A stretch of DNA of 64,000 nucleotides from a bacterium (GCA_965221165.1 CBDCRP010000002.1:736001-800000), one strand, 5' to 3'; positions 29,430 to 40,311 are shown, numbered from the stretch's first letter. The notes: generated from the sequence alone by a model not told the origin. Translations and numbers: made by a program.

Positions 29430-30370
29430 AGGGGACAGTCGGAAGTCGGAAAACTCGCCTGAGAAAATGGCTGCGGAGCGAGCGTGTGGCCAAGTGGTCG
29501 CCGTTCTTCGTGGCGGAGACCTTCATCCTCTTCCTTAGCATCCCGATGGTCCTGCTGATTTACTTGGCATTCACGCGCTGGCGGATTACCTTTGGCCCTT
29601 GGTGGATGGGCCGTTTTGCGGGTTTTCACAATTTCGAGGTCGCCTTTGGAGATCCGAGGTTCATCGACGCCCTCCTGAGGACGCTTTATTTCGCGGCGGT
29701 TGCAGTCCCCATCGAGACCGCGCTCGGGCTGGGTCTCGCGTACTTATGCGACAGGCCTTTTAAAGGCCAAAAGATCCTCACAACCATCTTTCTTCTTCCC
29801 CTAATGACGGTTCCTGTGGTCATCGGCTACAACTCGAACATGCTGTTCATCCGGGAAGGTCCCATCAACCAAGTCCTAAGTCTGATTACCTTGAGCGAAG
29901 TTCAGTTTGGTTGGCTCTCCGAGCCGTTCACTGCACAGGCTGCGGTCATCTTTTCCGACGTCTGGCAATGGACCCCCCTGATGTTCCTGATCTTCATGTC
30001 GGGCTTCAGTGCAATTCCCCGAGAGCTGGTGAATGCATCGAAGATATTCGGAGCGTCCGCGCTGCAAATCTTTTGGCATATCCAGCTCCCCCTCATGCGT
30101 CCCATCATCGTCATGGCGATCGTATTGCGGTCAATGGAGGCGTTGAAGATCTTCGACATACCAATGCTGCTTACCCAAGGGGGCCCCGGCAATGCCACCG
30201 AGACAATCGCGATCTATCTCTTCAGGGTTACTTGGGAGCACGCGCGCGTCTCGAGTGGGGCTGGAATGTCGTTTATACTCTTTGGTTTCACGATTATTTT
30301 CATTTTCATCTGCATCAAGATTCTGAAAAAGCAGAGACTGCAGGTGATACAACAGGCTGGAGGCCGTTGA
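29426..30370 (+). CDS. CUT1 ABC permease (MalF-like)
   Basis: TM helices, DVWQWTP, EAA-like loop ASKIFGAS and LTQGGPGNATE; GTGA overlap. Confidence 0.9.
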   Translation: MKGTVGSRKTRLRKWLRSERVAKWSPFFVAETFILFLSIPMVLLIYLAFTRWRITFGPWWMGRFAGFHNFEVAFGDPRFIDALLRTLYFAAVAVPIETALGLGLAYLCDRPFKGQKILTTIFLLPLMTVPVVIGYNSNMLFIREGPINQVLSLITLSEVQFGWLSEPFTAQAAVIFSDVWQWTPLMFLIFMSGFSAIPRELVNASKIFGASALQIFWHIQLPLMRPIIVMAIVLRSMEALKIFDIPMLLTQGGPGNATETIAIYLFRVTWEHARVSSGAGMSFILFGFTIIFIFICIKILKKQRLQVIQQAGGR

Positions 30371-30405
30371 GCGTCGTTCAACATGGTCGTCTCGGAGGGA
30401 AACTG

Positions 30406-31326
30406 ATGCTCAGAAGGCTGATGCGAAAATACAAAGTCGGCACCGTCATGCGGTGCTTCCTCCTCGCCGCGTGGACGGCGTTCGCCCTCATTCCGCTCGT
30501 CTGGATGCTTTCGACTTCCTTCAAAGCGGCGGAGGAGTGGGTGACGTGGCCGCCTCGGTGGGTCCCCGAAAACCCGACGCTCGTGAACTACCGCGCGCTC
30601 CTTGGGATGGAACAGGTCGAGTTTTTCTATCTGGATCAGCACGGCGAGAAGAAATCCGCCACCCGGCCGGGCGGCACGGCGCAGTTCTTCACCGCGGTCA
30701 ACGCCCTCAAGAACAGCCTTATTGTTGCGACGATCAGCGCGTTCATTGCGCTTCTCATTGGTTCTGCCCTCGCATACAGCATATCGCGGTTCAAGGTAGG
30801 CGGCGAGAGATTTCGGTACATGCTTTTGGGAATACGGATGGTTCCGCCCATCGTCATCGCGGTGCCTTTCATCATTTACTACGCCATGCTCAGGCTGACG
30901 GATACCCATTTGGGGTTGATCCTGGTGTACGTCCCGACCTCCCTCCCCTACGTCGTGTGGATGATGGTGAGCTTCATCGATGAGGTGCCAGTGGAGTTGG
31001 AGCACGCCGCTCACATCATGGGAGCCAACCGGTTCTTCACCTTGAGGAAGATCGTCCTCCCCCTTGCAGCCTCGGGGCTAGTCGTCACTTTCATGTTCAT
31101 TTTCATCCTCAACTGGAGTGAGTTTCTGTTGGCCCTGACGCTCACACAGTCGGAGGTCGTTACGCTTCCGGTGGCCCTCAGCAGGTATCAATCGGCGGCG
31201 GAAGGGAAGCTTTTCGGTCCCCAAGCCGCCTTCGGGGCCATAACCACCATCCCCGTGATCATCCTGGCGGTTTTTATCCAGAAGCATCTCGTCAAGGGGT
31301 TCAGCTTCGGAATGGTGAGAAAGTAG
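30406..31326 (+). CDS. CUT1 ABC permease (MalG-like)
   Basis: PLVWMLSTSFK, NSLIVA, ELEHAAHIMGA, NWSEFL and QKHLVKG motifs. Confidence 0.9.
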   Translation: MLRRLMRKYKVGTVMRCFLLAAWTAFALIPLVWMLSTSFKAAEEWVTWPPRWVPENPTLVNYRALLGMEQVEFFYLDQHGEKKSATRPGGTAQFFTAVNALKNSLIVATISAFIALLIGSALAYSISRFKVGGERFRYMLLGIRMVPPIVIAVPFIIYYAMLRLTDTHLGLILVYVPTSLPYVVWMMVSFIDEVPVELEHAAHIMGANRFFTLRKIVLPLAASGLVVTFMFIFILNWSEFLLALTLTQSEVVTLPVALSRYQSAAEGKLFGPQAAFGAITTIPVIILAVFIQKHLVKGFSFGMVRK

Positions 31327-31451
31327 CCCCCCGGCTCCCTCTGACAGCGTACTCCTGCCCGAGGGGAAGAGCCTCGTTTCTGTTCCACGAACAAGACAGA
31401 AAGGAGTCGGGGCGAATCCTTGGATCGTCGAGATTCGGGCGAAGGGTCACT

Positions 31452-32936
31452 TCAATCCGGATATCTCGGAATGTATTTCCCGGTCTTTTCGTTGATCAGG
31501 ATGCCGTCCTCGAAAATCACCCGTCCGCGCAGCATCGTCAGCACGGGCCAGCAGCGGAGCTCCCAACCCTCCCAGGGACAGAAAGGCGAGACCGTGTGGA
31601 GTTCTTCTTTCCTCACGACGTGCGGCGTTCCGATGTCCATGATGACGAGGTCGGCGTCCGAGCCGACGGCGATCGTGCCCTTCTTCGGATACAGGCGCAT
31701 AAGCCTGGCCGGGTTGTAGGCGCAGACCTCGGCGATCTCGGTGGGTGAGAAGCCACGCTCCATTCCCGTGTGCAGGATGACTGGGAAATAACAGTTGTGG
31801 CTCGGGAACCCCAACCCGGTGCGCTCCTTGGTCGGCGGGGGCTGGTAATACGGGTTCGGCTTTCCATCCGGATACCTCTCCCGGGGGGACACCACCCCGT
31901 CGGTCCCGAGGCACGTGATGTCCCCCGTTCTGATCCCGTCCCACATGGAATCGACATCCTCCTTATATCCGAGCGCGGGAATGATGCAGGTGGCCATGAA
32001 TCCGAGCCTCTCCCCGACCTCGGGCCACCATAGTGAAACCCACGCGCCGCAAGTCTCGCCCTCGACGTTCAGGCCGTAGTCCCTCCTGTAGTGGCGGATG
32101 AGATCGACCGAATCACGGTAGGTCACATGACAGATCAGGAGCTCCGGCAGGCCGACCTCCTTGGCCAGCCATAGGACCGTTTGCAGGTCGAGGGACTCGA
32201 CGATGCCCGGGCGCGACTCCTTGAGCCCGATGGGCCCCGCGAGACGCTTGTCGGTCTTGGCGCGCCCCTCAACCTCCCGGGTGATTTGCTCCTGCAACCC
32301 GAAGTTCACCGTGTTCGCATACGCCAGGACCCCCAGCTCCTTGCATTTCTTGAACAGCATCCACATTTCCGCCGGCGTCAAGGCCGCCGGCCCCTCGAGG
32401 CCCGTCCAGAACTTGAAGGAAGAGATCCCGAGTTCCTTGTGGTAGTAGGGCATCTCATTTATCTGATCCTCGTTCTCCATCAAGAGGTGGAAGGCGAAGT
32501 CGGTCGTCGAATTTTCTTCGGATTTCTCAATGACCTCGGGGAAGATTTTCTTGTACGAAGCCTTCCACATGTGATGCACCATCCCCGGGCCTTTCGCGTA
32601 GAAAAGCTCGCCGTCTCCGGTTCTCTCCTTCCATCCCTCCATGTTTTTGATGCATCGGTCCAATAGGACAACCGTTGTCGTCGTCCCGAGAAAGGCCATA
32701 CACTTGGACTCCGACTCCATCTCGTTGTAGAACTCATTGAAATGTCCATAGTGCATATGCGTGTCGACACAGCCGGGGAACACGTGTTTCCCCTTCGCGT
32801 CAATAACCTTCCCGGCCTCCGGCAGTCCTCGGCCTATTTGGACGATCTTTTCTCCTTCGATGGCGATGTCGGCTTCGAGGATACCGAATTTGGGGATCAC
32901 GAGCTTTCCATTTCGAACGACGCAATCTACGGCCAT
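31452..32936 (-). CDS. Cyclic amidohydrolase (dihydropyrimidinase/allantoinase-like), divergent metal site
   Basis: PGCVDTHMH, SSFK, ICHV, LGTD, NPARLMRLYPKKGTIAVGSDADLV and PVLTMLRG motifs. Confidence 0.85.
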   Translation of the reverse strand: MAVDCVVRNGKLVIPKFGILEADIAIEGEKIVQIGRGLPEAGKVIDAKGKHVFPGCVDTHMHYGHFNEFYNEMESESKCMAFLGTTTTVVLLDRCIKNMEGWKERTGDGELFYAKGPGMVHHMWKASYKKIFPEVIEKSEENSTTDFAFHLLMENEDQINEMPYYHKELGISSFKFWTGLEGPAALTPAEMWMLFKKCKELGVLAYANTVNFGLQEQITREVEGRAKTDKRLAGPIGLKESRPGIVESLDLQTVLWLAKEVGLPELLICHVTYRDSVDLIRHYRRDYGLNVEGETCGAWVSLWWPEVGERLGFMATCIIPALGYKEDVDSMWDGIRTGDITCLGTDGVVSPRERYPDGKPNPYYQPPPTKERTGLGFPSHNCYFPVILHTGMERGFSPTEIAEVCAYNPARLMRLYPKKGTIAVGSDADLVIMDIGTPHVVRKEELHTVSPFCPWEGWELRCWPVLTMLRGRVIFEDGILINEKTGKYIPRYPD

Positions 32937-33058
32937 GAGTGCGGCCCCCCTATATGTGGCCTTGCGGTATTGAATTCGAGCGTATCGGGCTTTCGAATTT
33001 CCGGACCCGCCAGGCGGGCGCGTTTCAGGTTTCCGTTTCCCGAATCGAATGCGGAAGT

Positions 33059-33994
33059 TCAGGAAGACGGATCGAGATGGACGGTTGTCCGCCACCCCGG
33101 GTAGAGGGTGGATTCTCCCCGGGCGATTGACAAATAGAGTTCCCGAATCTGGTTCGTCAAAGGACCTTCCTTCCCATCCCCCACGGGGCGCCGATCCACG
33201 GAGAGGATAGACCGGATCTCGGCGCCCGAGCCGCAAAAAAAAGCTTCCTCTGCCAGATAGATCTCCGTCCGATCAATCGGCCGTTCCATGACATCGCGTC
33301 CGAAATATTCCCGGAAGAGCTGGATGAGGGTGGCCCGCGTGATCCCTTCCAGGATCCCGGCCGTAACGGGGGGAGTGAGAACCGTACCTTCGCGCACCAG
33401 AAACAGCGTGGCCCCCGGCCCTTCGGTCAATTGCCCCGAGGAGTTTAACATAATGACGCTGTCGTACCCATCCCGTTTGGCCTGGATCAAGGGCAGGCGG
33501 CTGTTTTGGTAGTTTGCAGAAGCTTTGATGCGGGGAGGGAGTACGTCATCGCTGATACGTCGCCAGGAGCTCACGGAACAGTGAAGCCCTCCGGACACGC
33601 CGAAAAGGTTGCGGGACGGGATCATCACGATGCCCACCTTCACCGGGCCGGTGGCCTCGATGGGTCCCAGGCCTCCGATCAGGAGATTGAGCCGAACGTC
33701 GACGTCCTCCCGAACTTCGTTGGCCCGGAGGAGCTCTCGGATCTGATCCTCCAGCGCACGCGGATCCGGGGAAAAGTCATAGGCGGCCAGAAGGGCGGAC
33801 TGGGCCAAGCGCCGCAGATGCGCCTCCAGCCGGAAGAGGTGAACGATTTCCCCGCGAGCGTTCCAGTACCCCTTGATCACCTCGAACAAGGAAGATCCGT
33901 AGCGAACGGCCGGCGATTGAATGTGGATCCTGGCCTCCTCGTAGGGAACCACAACGCCGTTCATCGAGGCGTATCGGGGGCCCGTCGCAGCCAT
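33059..33994 (-). CDS. Fold-type IV (BCAT-like) aminotransferase
   Basis: YGSSLFEVIKGY, HLRRL, RIKASANYQNSRL, TEGPGA and ILEGITR motifs. Confidence 0.9.
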   Translation of the reverse strand: MAATGPRYASMNGVVVPYEEARIHIQSPAVRYGSSLFEVIKGYWNARGEIVHLFRLEAHLRRLAQSALLAAYDFSPDPRALEDQIRELLRANEVREDVDVRLNLLIGGLGPIEATGPVKVGIVMIPSRNLFGVSGGLHCSVSSWRRISDDVLPPRIKASANYQNSRLPLIQAKRDGYDSVIMLNSSGQLTEGPGATLFLVREGTVLTPPVTAGILEGITRATLIQLFREYFGRDVMERPIDRTEIYLAEEAFFCGSGAEIRSILSVDRRPVGDGKEGPLTNQIRELYLSIARGESTLYPGWRTTVHLDPSS

Positions 33995-34433
33995 TCTTCA
34001 CTTCCTCCTACTGAGTTTGCCGCCAATCCTTCCCCGCGGCGGGAGATGAGACCCCTGCACGGGATGAAGGGCGGTGAGGCGAGGGCCGGGGCTTGCCGGC
34101 CTCTCCGCCGGGCACCCGCAGTTTGGCCCCCCGCTTGGACGCATGGTCGGCCCGATCCGGGCTTTTCCAGCGTGATTCCCACCAGCAATTTAGCCGAGAT
34201 CCGGATTTTATTCTATCCGAGAGTTTTCCGAATATCCATCCAGCGGAAATCGGTATCTATAACCGGATCGCGGAGAGATTTCTCGGGCCGCGCTTCAGGA
34301 TTTCGCTGCATAAGAGGGATACAACACGAAGTTGAGGTTGCGGCGATACAAGCGGATTTGGTATTCTCAATAATATCTGTTACAAAATTTTGCTTCGTAA
34401 ACATCCGAAGGTGAGAATCTGAGGTCGGCACTC

Positions 34434-35516
34434 ATGGCAAAGATCGACCTGGAGAAGCTAACCAAAGACTTCGGCAGCTTCCGGGCGGTCGACGACCTTG
34501 ACCTCGAAATCGTCGACGGCGAGTTCATCGTATTCGTCGGCCCCTCGGGCTGCGGGAAGACCACGACCCTGAACATGATCTCGGGCTTCGAGCAGCCTAC
34601 CGCAGGCTCCGTCAAGATCGACGGGACCGTGGTGAACGACATGGAGCCCGGGGAGCGGGACCTCGGGATGGTCTTCCAGAGCCTCGCTCTGTTCCCCCAT
34701 ATGAGCGTGTTTGACAATATCGCCTTCGGTCTTCGAATAAAGAAGGTGAGGGAATCGGAGGTGAGGGAGCGCGTTCGCGGCGTCGCCGAGACCATGAAGA
34801 TTTCCTCCCTCCTCTTGAAGCGACCGGGCCAACTCTCAGGCGGAGAGGCCCAGCGCGTCGCCCTCGCCCGGACCGTGGTGAACAACCCTTCGGCATTCTT
34901 GATGGACGAGCCGCTTTCCAGCCTAGACGCCAAGCTTCGCGTGGAGATGCGCACCGAACTCAAACGCCTCCACTCCACCTTGGGAACTACCTTCATCTAC
35001 GTCACACACGACCAAGCGGAGGCCATGACGATGGCCAATCGGATTATGGTCATGAAGGACGGTCGCATTCAGCAGATCGGCGACCCGCTGTCTATCTATA
35101 ACAATCCCCGAAATATGTTCGTCGCGGGGTTCTTTGGGGTCCCGTCCATGAACTTCATTCACGGCCACCTGGAGGCCCAAGGTGGCACGGTCCGATTCAA
35201 GGCGAATAATCTCATGTGCACGCTCGAAGGGAGAGACATGGGGTCCGCGCTCGACGGGCGCGCTGTGAGCGTCGGCGTGCGTCCCGAGAATGTCCAACTG
35301 GTGGGGAGTGGCGGCGTCTCGGTGGGGACCGTGAACCTCATCGAGCCTCTGGGCGATGAGACTCTCGTTTTCATTGACTACGGAGGCGATGAGACGCTCA
35401 TCACGAAGGTCGAGGCGTCTCACGGCGCACGGCCGGGCGACAGAGTAAACATCGACTTCAAGCGCGGAGAGGTGCTTCTCTTCGACGGCGACACCGAAGA
35501 GCGCATCGTATTGTAG
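34434..35516 (+). CDS. CUT1 ABC ATPase (MalK/UgpC-like)
   Basis: GPSGCGKTT, LSGGEAQRV, FLMDEPLS, YVTHDQAEAM and C-terminal TOBE region. Confidence 0.95.
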   Translation: MAKIDLEKLTKDFGSFRAVDDLDLEIVDGEFIVFVGPSGCGKTTTLNMISGFEQPTAGSVKIDGTVVNDMEPGERDLGMVFQSLALFPHMSVFDNIAFGLRIKKVRESEVRERVRGVAETMKISSLLLKRPGQLSGGEAQRVALARTVVNNPSAFLMDEPLSSLDAKLRVEMRTELKRLHSTLGTTFIYVTHDQAEAMTMANRIMVMKDGRIQQIGDPLSIYNNPRNMFVAGFFGVPSMNFIHGHLEAQGGTVRFKANNLMCTLEGRDMGSALDGRAVSVGVRPENVQLVGSGGVSVGTVNLIEPLGDETLVFIDYGGDETLITKVEASHGARPGDRVNIDFKRGEVLLFDGDTEERIVL

Positions 35517-35855
35517 CCGGGTTCGATCTTTCCCTTCAGCGGTATCGGTTTCCGTTGGATCGCCCGCGCGCCGGCGTGGCGGTTCTCGTAAATACCCGCC
35601 ATCCGCCGGCCGGTCCGGGGCGTCCCTCGCACAGGATCCCTCGAATCTCATCTGGGTCAGACGCGCTCCTGCTTCCCGCTAATTGGTCTGCTCTCCCTTG
35701 AAGTACACCGCCGCCATGCGGAAATGAATACCCCTTTCCCCAGCGCCGGCAGGTGGCGGGCCGGCAGTGTAAGATGGAGAATGCGCACACTTATGAATTC
35801 GACCCTCCTGTTCCGCAAGGAGGGAATCCGTCTTCAGCCCTCGGAGGAAAATACC

Positions 35856-36863
35856 TTGGTCATCGACCCCCACGCCCACATCATTCCGCAGAGCTTCATC
35901 GACGAAGTGCGCGCCAGGAAGTTCGGCTCGTCCATTTCGATCGAGCAGGGTGAAAAATGGGAACTGCTCGTCTCGAGAACCACTGTCCTCGGGGTGGAGC
36001 GCGCCCACCGTGACCCGCTTCCCCGGGAGACCTGGGACGCGGAGATGCGCCTCCAGGACATGAAGAACATGGGGGTGGACAAGCAGATCCTCTCGGTCGT
36101 TCCGCCAATTTCCAATTACGGCCTGGACGCGGAGCTGAACAAGGAGCTGGCGGCTTCTCTCAACGACGCCCTTGCCGATCTTGCCCGGGAAGTTCCCGAA
36201 AATTTCCACTGCATGGCCACCGTCCCCCTTCAGGATCCCCAAGCAGCGGCGAATGAACTTGGCCGTGCCGTGGACCGTGGCCATATCGGCGTCGAAATCG
36301 GCTCGAATGTGGCGGGGAAGAATCTGGACGATCCGGCCCTCGACGTCTTTTGGGAGAAGGTCGCCGCCCTCGACGTTCCTGTCTTCATCCACCCGGTGGA
36401 CGCAATGGGCGTGGACGATCGCCTGAAGGACTATTACCTCCAAAACTTCATCGGGCTCCCCCTCGACACCGCCGTCGCCGTCGCCTGCCTCATCTTCGGA
36501 GGGGTGCTGGATCGCTTCCCCGACCTGAAGTTCCTGCTGGCCCACTTTGGCGGCTTCACCCCCTGGATCCGCGGCCGGTGGCAGCACGGCTACGGTGAGC
36601 GCCAGGAGCCCAAGGTGCGCGGTGCGAAGGCGCCCGAGGAGTATTTCAAGCGGTTCTATTACGACACCATCATCCACCACCCCGACTGCCTCGAGTTCGG
36701 CGTCAAAACCCTGGGCGCCGACATCGTCCTCTACGGGACGGATTATCCCTTCGATATGGGGAACCGGGGCCCGGCCCGGGAGATCCCCGGCCTCGCGCGG
36801 CTCCCCGCCGCCGATCAGGAAAAGATCCTCTCAGGCAACGCGAGGAAGCTCTACAAGCTCTAG
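35856..36863 (+). CDS. Amidohydrolase-2 family (ACMSD-like decarboxylase/hydratase)
   Basis: IDPHAH, VFIHP, LAHFGG, YYDTI and YGTDYPFDMG motifs; TTG start after GGAGG. Confidence 0.88.
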   Translation: MVIDPHAHIIPQSFIDEVRARKFGSSISIEQGEKWELLVSRTTVLGVERAHRDPLPRETWDAEMRLQDMKNMGVDKQILSVVPPISNYGLDAELNKELAASLNDALADLAREVPENFHCMATVPLQDPQAAANELGRAVDRGHIGVEIGSNVAGKNLDDPALDVFWEKVAALDVPVFIHPVDAMGVDDRLKDYYLQNFIGLPLDTAVAVACLIFGGVLDRFPDLKFLLAHFGGFTPWIRGRWQHGYGERQEPKVRGAKAPEEYFKRFYYDTIIHHPDCLEFGVKTLGADIVLYGTDYPFDMGNRGPAREIPGLARLPAADQEKILSGNARKLYKL

Positions 36864-37724
36864 AACCCATCTCAAAATTGTTTCAGCAGGATGAGCGTAC
36901 AAGCGAGTTGAACGAACCCGAGGAAGTTTTGCGCGTAGTACTCCCGGCGAACCAGTATCCGGCGGTGCCACTAAATCCAGGGGAAAAAGCGTTCCACCAG
37001 CCACCGGCGCTGAGAGCGGCGCAACCTGCGCCGGTTTGTACGATTCGGCGCGATCATCTCGATTCCCCGCTGGCGAAGCTCCTCGTCCAGCTTGTCGCTG
37101 TCGTACACCTCCTCGCCGATCAGGTTCTCCGGCTTCGCTTCGATCATGTAGAAGTCGAACGTCAGCTGCACCAGGGTGACTTCATGGTGGTTGGCCGCGT
37201 GGGCGCTCGTCGCCAGCGGCAGCCTGTGCCGATCCACGATCCCCATGATCTTCACGCCTTTTCCGCGCTTGGTGGGGCCGACCCCCCTACCTCCGCCCTT
37301 GGCCGGGGAGAACATCACGTCCACAAAACACTCTGACTCATCGATCCCGCACTGCTCTCTCAATTCGTTGGCCAGCGCACACAAGATCTCCCGCAGAACT
37401 TTCTGCTCACACAACCGCTGAAAGCGACGATGCACCCTCTTGTAGTTTGGGTAACGCTGGGGAAGCATACGCCACTGGGCGCCTGTGTTGAAAATCCAGA
37501 GCATGGCCTCCAAGACGCACCGCGCGGGAAGCGGCTTGCGGGGCTCCCCAAGCGGCCTGCCGCTTGGAGTCCCCTTGCGCCCCGGCCGGCCGCCAGGAAT
37601 GTTCTATTCCGGAAAATGCGGCCGAATCCTTTCCCACTGGGTATCTGTCAGGGTGATGGCCATGCACCATTGTACCCATGAACAATTCCTGACTCACTAA
37701 AAATCTAATTTTGAGATAAGTTCT
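36862..37724 (-). mobile_element. IS5-family element (863 bp) with inactivated transposase
   Basis: 18-bp terminal IRs (AGAACCCATCTCAAAATT / AGAACTTATCTCAAAATT). ORF from ATG 37663 LTDTQWERI with in-frame TAG at 37604-37606, then TGAQWRMLP..YP and RWLVERFF with a 3' frameshift. Confidence 0.9.
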
Positions 37725-37943
37725 TAATGTTGAGGGGAATTTTTGAAGATTTTAGCAACTTTAAAGGTTTAGAAGGCAGTTACTACGATACATAAACATG
37801 AGCCAAATCTCTCGGGTCCCTAGGGAACGAAAGATTCGGAGGTTTGAGGCCATTAAAAAGGGGTGCCACCCCCCTAAATTGGCCAGAGGAGCTGAGAGCC
37901 CTACATAGTCAGTTCGCCGCAAACGGTCGGCAAGATTCGATTA

Positions 37944-38402
37944 GGGCTATAGCTGAATGTTGTGTACGGTGTTGAGAAAGAGGGCGGCGTATCCTGGTGA
38001 TTGTCGAGATCACCACTTGGAAGAGACCAAGGAAAGGATACGCCATGAAGGAAGATACAGTTGTTGCCTTTCGTTCCCCAGATGATTTTCAGGAGGATCC
38101 GTTGACGGAGGTATTGCGGACCGGCGCCCGCAAGCTTCTGGCCCAGGCGGTGGAAGCCGAGGTCGAGACGTTTCTGGAAATCCATGGGTCGCTCGTCGAT
38201 GAGGCGGGCCGGCGTCGGATGGTGCGCAACGGCTATCTGCCGACCGAAGCGCGGCATCCAGATCGGTGCGGTGAGCGTTCGCCAGCCCCGAGTCCGCGAC
38301 CGCGGGGCGGTCGGGGACGGCCCGGCGATCCGTTTCACATCGGTGATCCTGCCGCCCTATATGCGCCGCACCAAGAGCCTGGAAGACCTTCTTCCCTGGC
38401 TA
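37944..38402 (+). mobile_element. IS256-family left end and transposase N-terminal remnant
   Basis: IR GGGCTATAGCTGAATGTTGTGTA; ATG 38045 DPLTEVLRTGARKLLAQAVEAE..VRNGYLP, frameshift, then ILPPYMRRTKSLEDLLPWL and truncation. Confidence 0.85.
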
Positions 38403-38523
38403 AATTTCCGGGAAGCGCCTCCAGTGGGTACCGCTTCACGGATGGGGTGCCAACAACTCGGGCCCCCTTCGGCCCGGGAGAGGACCCCCTGCAGAGCCCA
38501 GTCCTTAGCCGAGCGGCTGGTCG

Positions 38524-40059
38524 CTACTTCTTCACGACGATCTCCCAGGGGTGGAGTTGCTCGTCGTGACGGGCGGTGAACTCGATCCGCTTGCTGACGC
38601 CGAAGATGTCGTGGAGCCGGTAAAGGGGCTTGTGGGTAGCCAGCTCCTTCATCATGTCGGAAACCTTCTCGAAGGCAGCTTGCTGCTTCTTCAGGTCCTC
38701 GGTCGCGAGCGCCTTGTCGATTGCCTCGTCGAGCTCCTTGAAGCAGGCGCCGCTCCAGGCCCCCCGGCAACTGGTGGTGCCGCGGAGGATGGTGCTGTTC
38801 TCGCCGCTCGAGTTCCCGAAGGAGAGGAAGTACATGGCGGGCGTCTTGTTCTTCCCCGTGACGTATGTGTTGAAGCTTCTGCGGTAGAGAGCGAAAGGCT
38901 GCGCGAGGCATCGGGTATTGATCTTGACCTTCGTGAGCATCGAGGCCGCGGCTTCGCAACTCTCCTTGTCGAAGGGAGAGTTTCCGTGCGGGCTGATGAG
39001 GTCAGCTTGAAAGCCCTTCTCGTAGCCTGCTTCCTTCATGAGTTGCCGGGCCTTCGCGAGATTGAATCCGTACCACCGCTTCTTCGGGTTGTAGCCAAAC
39101 TGGGTCCAGGGATGGAAAATTTGGTGGGCCGGCTCGGCGTAGCCCTCAAGGAAGGTCTTGTACATCGACTCGGCGTTCAGGGCGTAGTTCGCGGCCTTGC
39201 GCACCCGAACGTCCGCGAAGGCCCCCCCCTGCGTGGTGAAGAAGCCGATGTAGGCGATTCGCACGGAGGACTTGGAGGATACGTACAGATTGGGGTCCTT
39301 CTCGATTTCTGGGATGAAGTGGGGGAGCACCTTATGGGAAATGTCTATCTCGCCCGCCTGAAGAGCCTTCACGCGCGTGGTGGCCTCCACGATGGGGCGC
39401 ATGATGACCCGCTGCGGCCGGTTGGGGAACCGGTCGTTCGCCCACCAGGTGTCGTTTGCCTCAAACTCGAATCGCTGGCCTTTGGTCCAGCGTTTGAGGA
39501 TGTAGGGGCCACCGGCGATGAGATCGCGGGAGATCTCGGGCAGGCTCCTGCCCTTGTTCTTCAGGGAGATGGCGTGGCCCCAGGTCGTGAGGCGCGGGAT
39601 GAGGCCGTTGTCGGGCACCTTCATGCGGAAGACGAACTCGCGCTCGTTGAGAACGTCGATCCCGTCGAAGTCCTTCCAGTAGGACCGTTGATAGCTCCTG
39701 TTGGCGGGGTCCACGATCCGCTCGAAGGAGTATTTGATGGATGCGGAGTCGATCGGCGTGCCGTCCCGGAACTTCATGCCCTTTCGGAGGGTGAATTTTG
39801 TCCGCTTCGAATCCAGCCGTTCATATTTCTCGGCCAGCCAGGGGATGATTTTCCCCGTTTTAGTGTCGGAGATGACGAGCTTGTCCGCGTGCCAAGGCCA
39901 AACCATGGCCCCGATGAAGCTGGAGTAGACGTGGGGGTCCATGGTCTCCGGCTCGCCATTAATGGCGATGGTGATGGTGCCCCGAGCAGCATGGGCCGGA
40001 GTGAGGGAGATGAGCACGGCGGCCACTAGTAAAGCGATTGCGAGCAAGGATTTGCGCAT
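38524..40059 (-). CDS. Family 5 (Dpp/Opp/Nik-type) ABC substrate-binding protein
   Basis: Signal peptide; ETMDPH, PWLAE, FTLRKGMKFRDG, GPYIL and DVRVRKAANYA motifs. Confidence 0.92.
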   Translation of the reverse strand: MRKSLLAIALLVAAVLISLTPAHAARGTITIAINGEPETMDPHVYSSFIGAMVWPWHADKLVISDTKTGKIIPWLAEKYERLDSKRTKFTLRKGMKFRDGTPIDSASIKYSFERIVDPANRSYQRSYWKDFDGIDVLNEREFVFRMKVPDNGLIPRLTTWGHAISLKNKGRSLPEISRDLIAGGPYILKRWTKGQRFEFEANDTWWANDRFPNRPQRVIMRPIVEATTRVKALQAGEIDISHKVLPHFIPEIEKDPNLYVSSKSSVRIAYIGFFTTQGGAFADVRVRKAANYALNAESMYKTFLEGYAEPAHQIFHPWTQFGYNPKKRWYGFNLAKARQLMKEAGYEKGFQADLISPHGNSPFDKESCEAAASMLTKVKINTRCLAQPFALYRRSFNTYVTGKNKTPAMYFLSFGNSSGENSTILRGTTSCRGAWSGACFKELDEAIDKALATEDLKKQQAAFEKVSDMMKELATHKPLYRLHDIFGVSKRIEFTARHDEQLHPWEIVVKK

Positions 40060-40311
40060 GACTTTGTCCCTTTCTTCTTCGCGGACTCGCCCTCCCAATG
40101 GAGGGCTCTTCCGACGGCGTGAAGGCAACTCCTGAGATGAGAACCGCTGGCGGAATGTCCTTTTCATCTAGGGGAATTGCATGCGAACTTTCGTGGTGGC
40201 AACCCTCTCCTCGGCCTTTGAACCGAAGCACCCCCCCGCCGGGGGCTCGGGCCTGGTCCATATCCTCCCAGGAAGGCACGCTATCCTAACGTAAAATGGT
40301 CTCCATAATTA

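Noticed and set aside
37604-37606. In-frame TAG in the IS5 transposase as recoding (pyrrolysine/read-through)
   Set aside because: The gene has a further 3' frameshift, so simple decay explains it.
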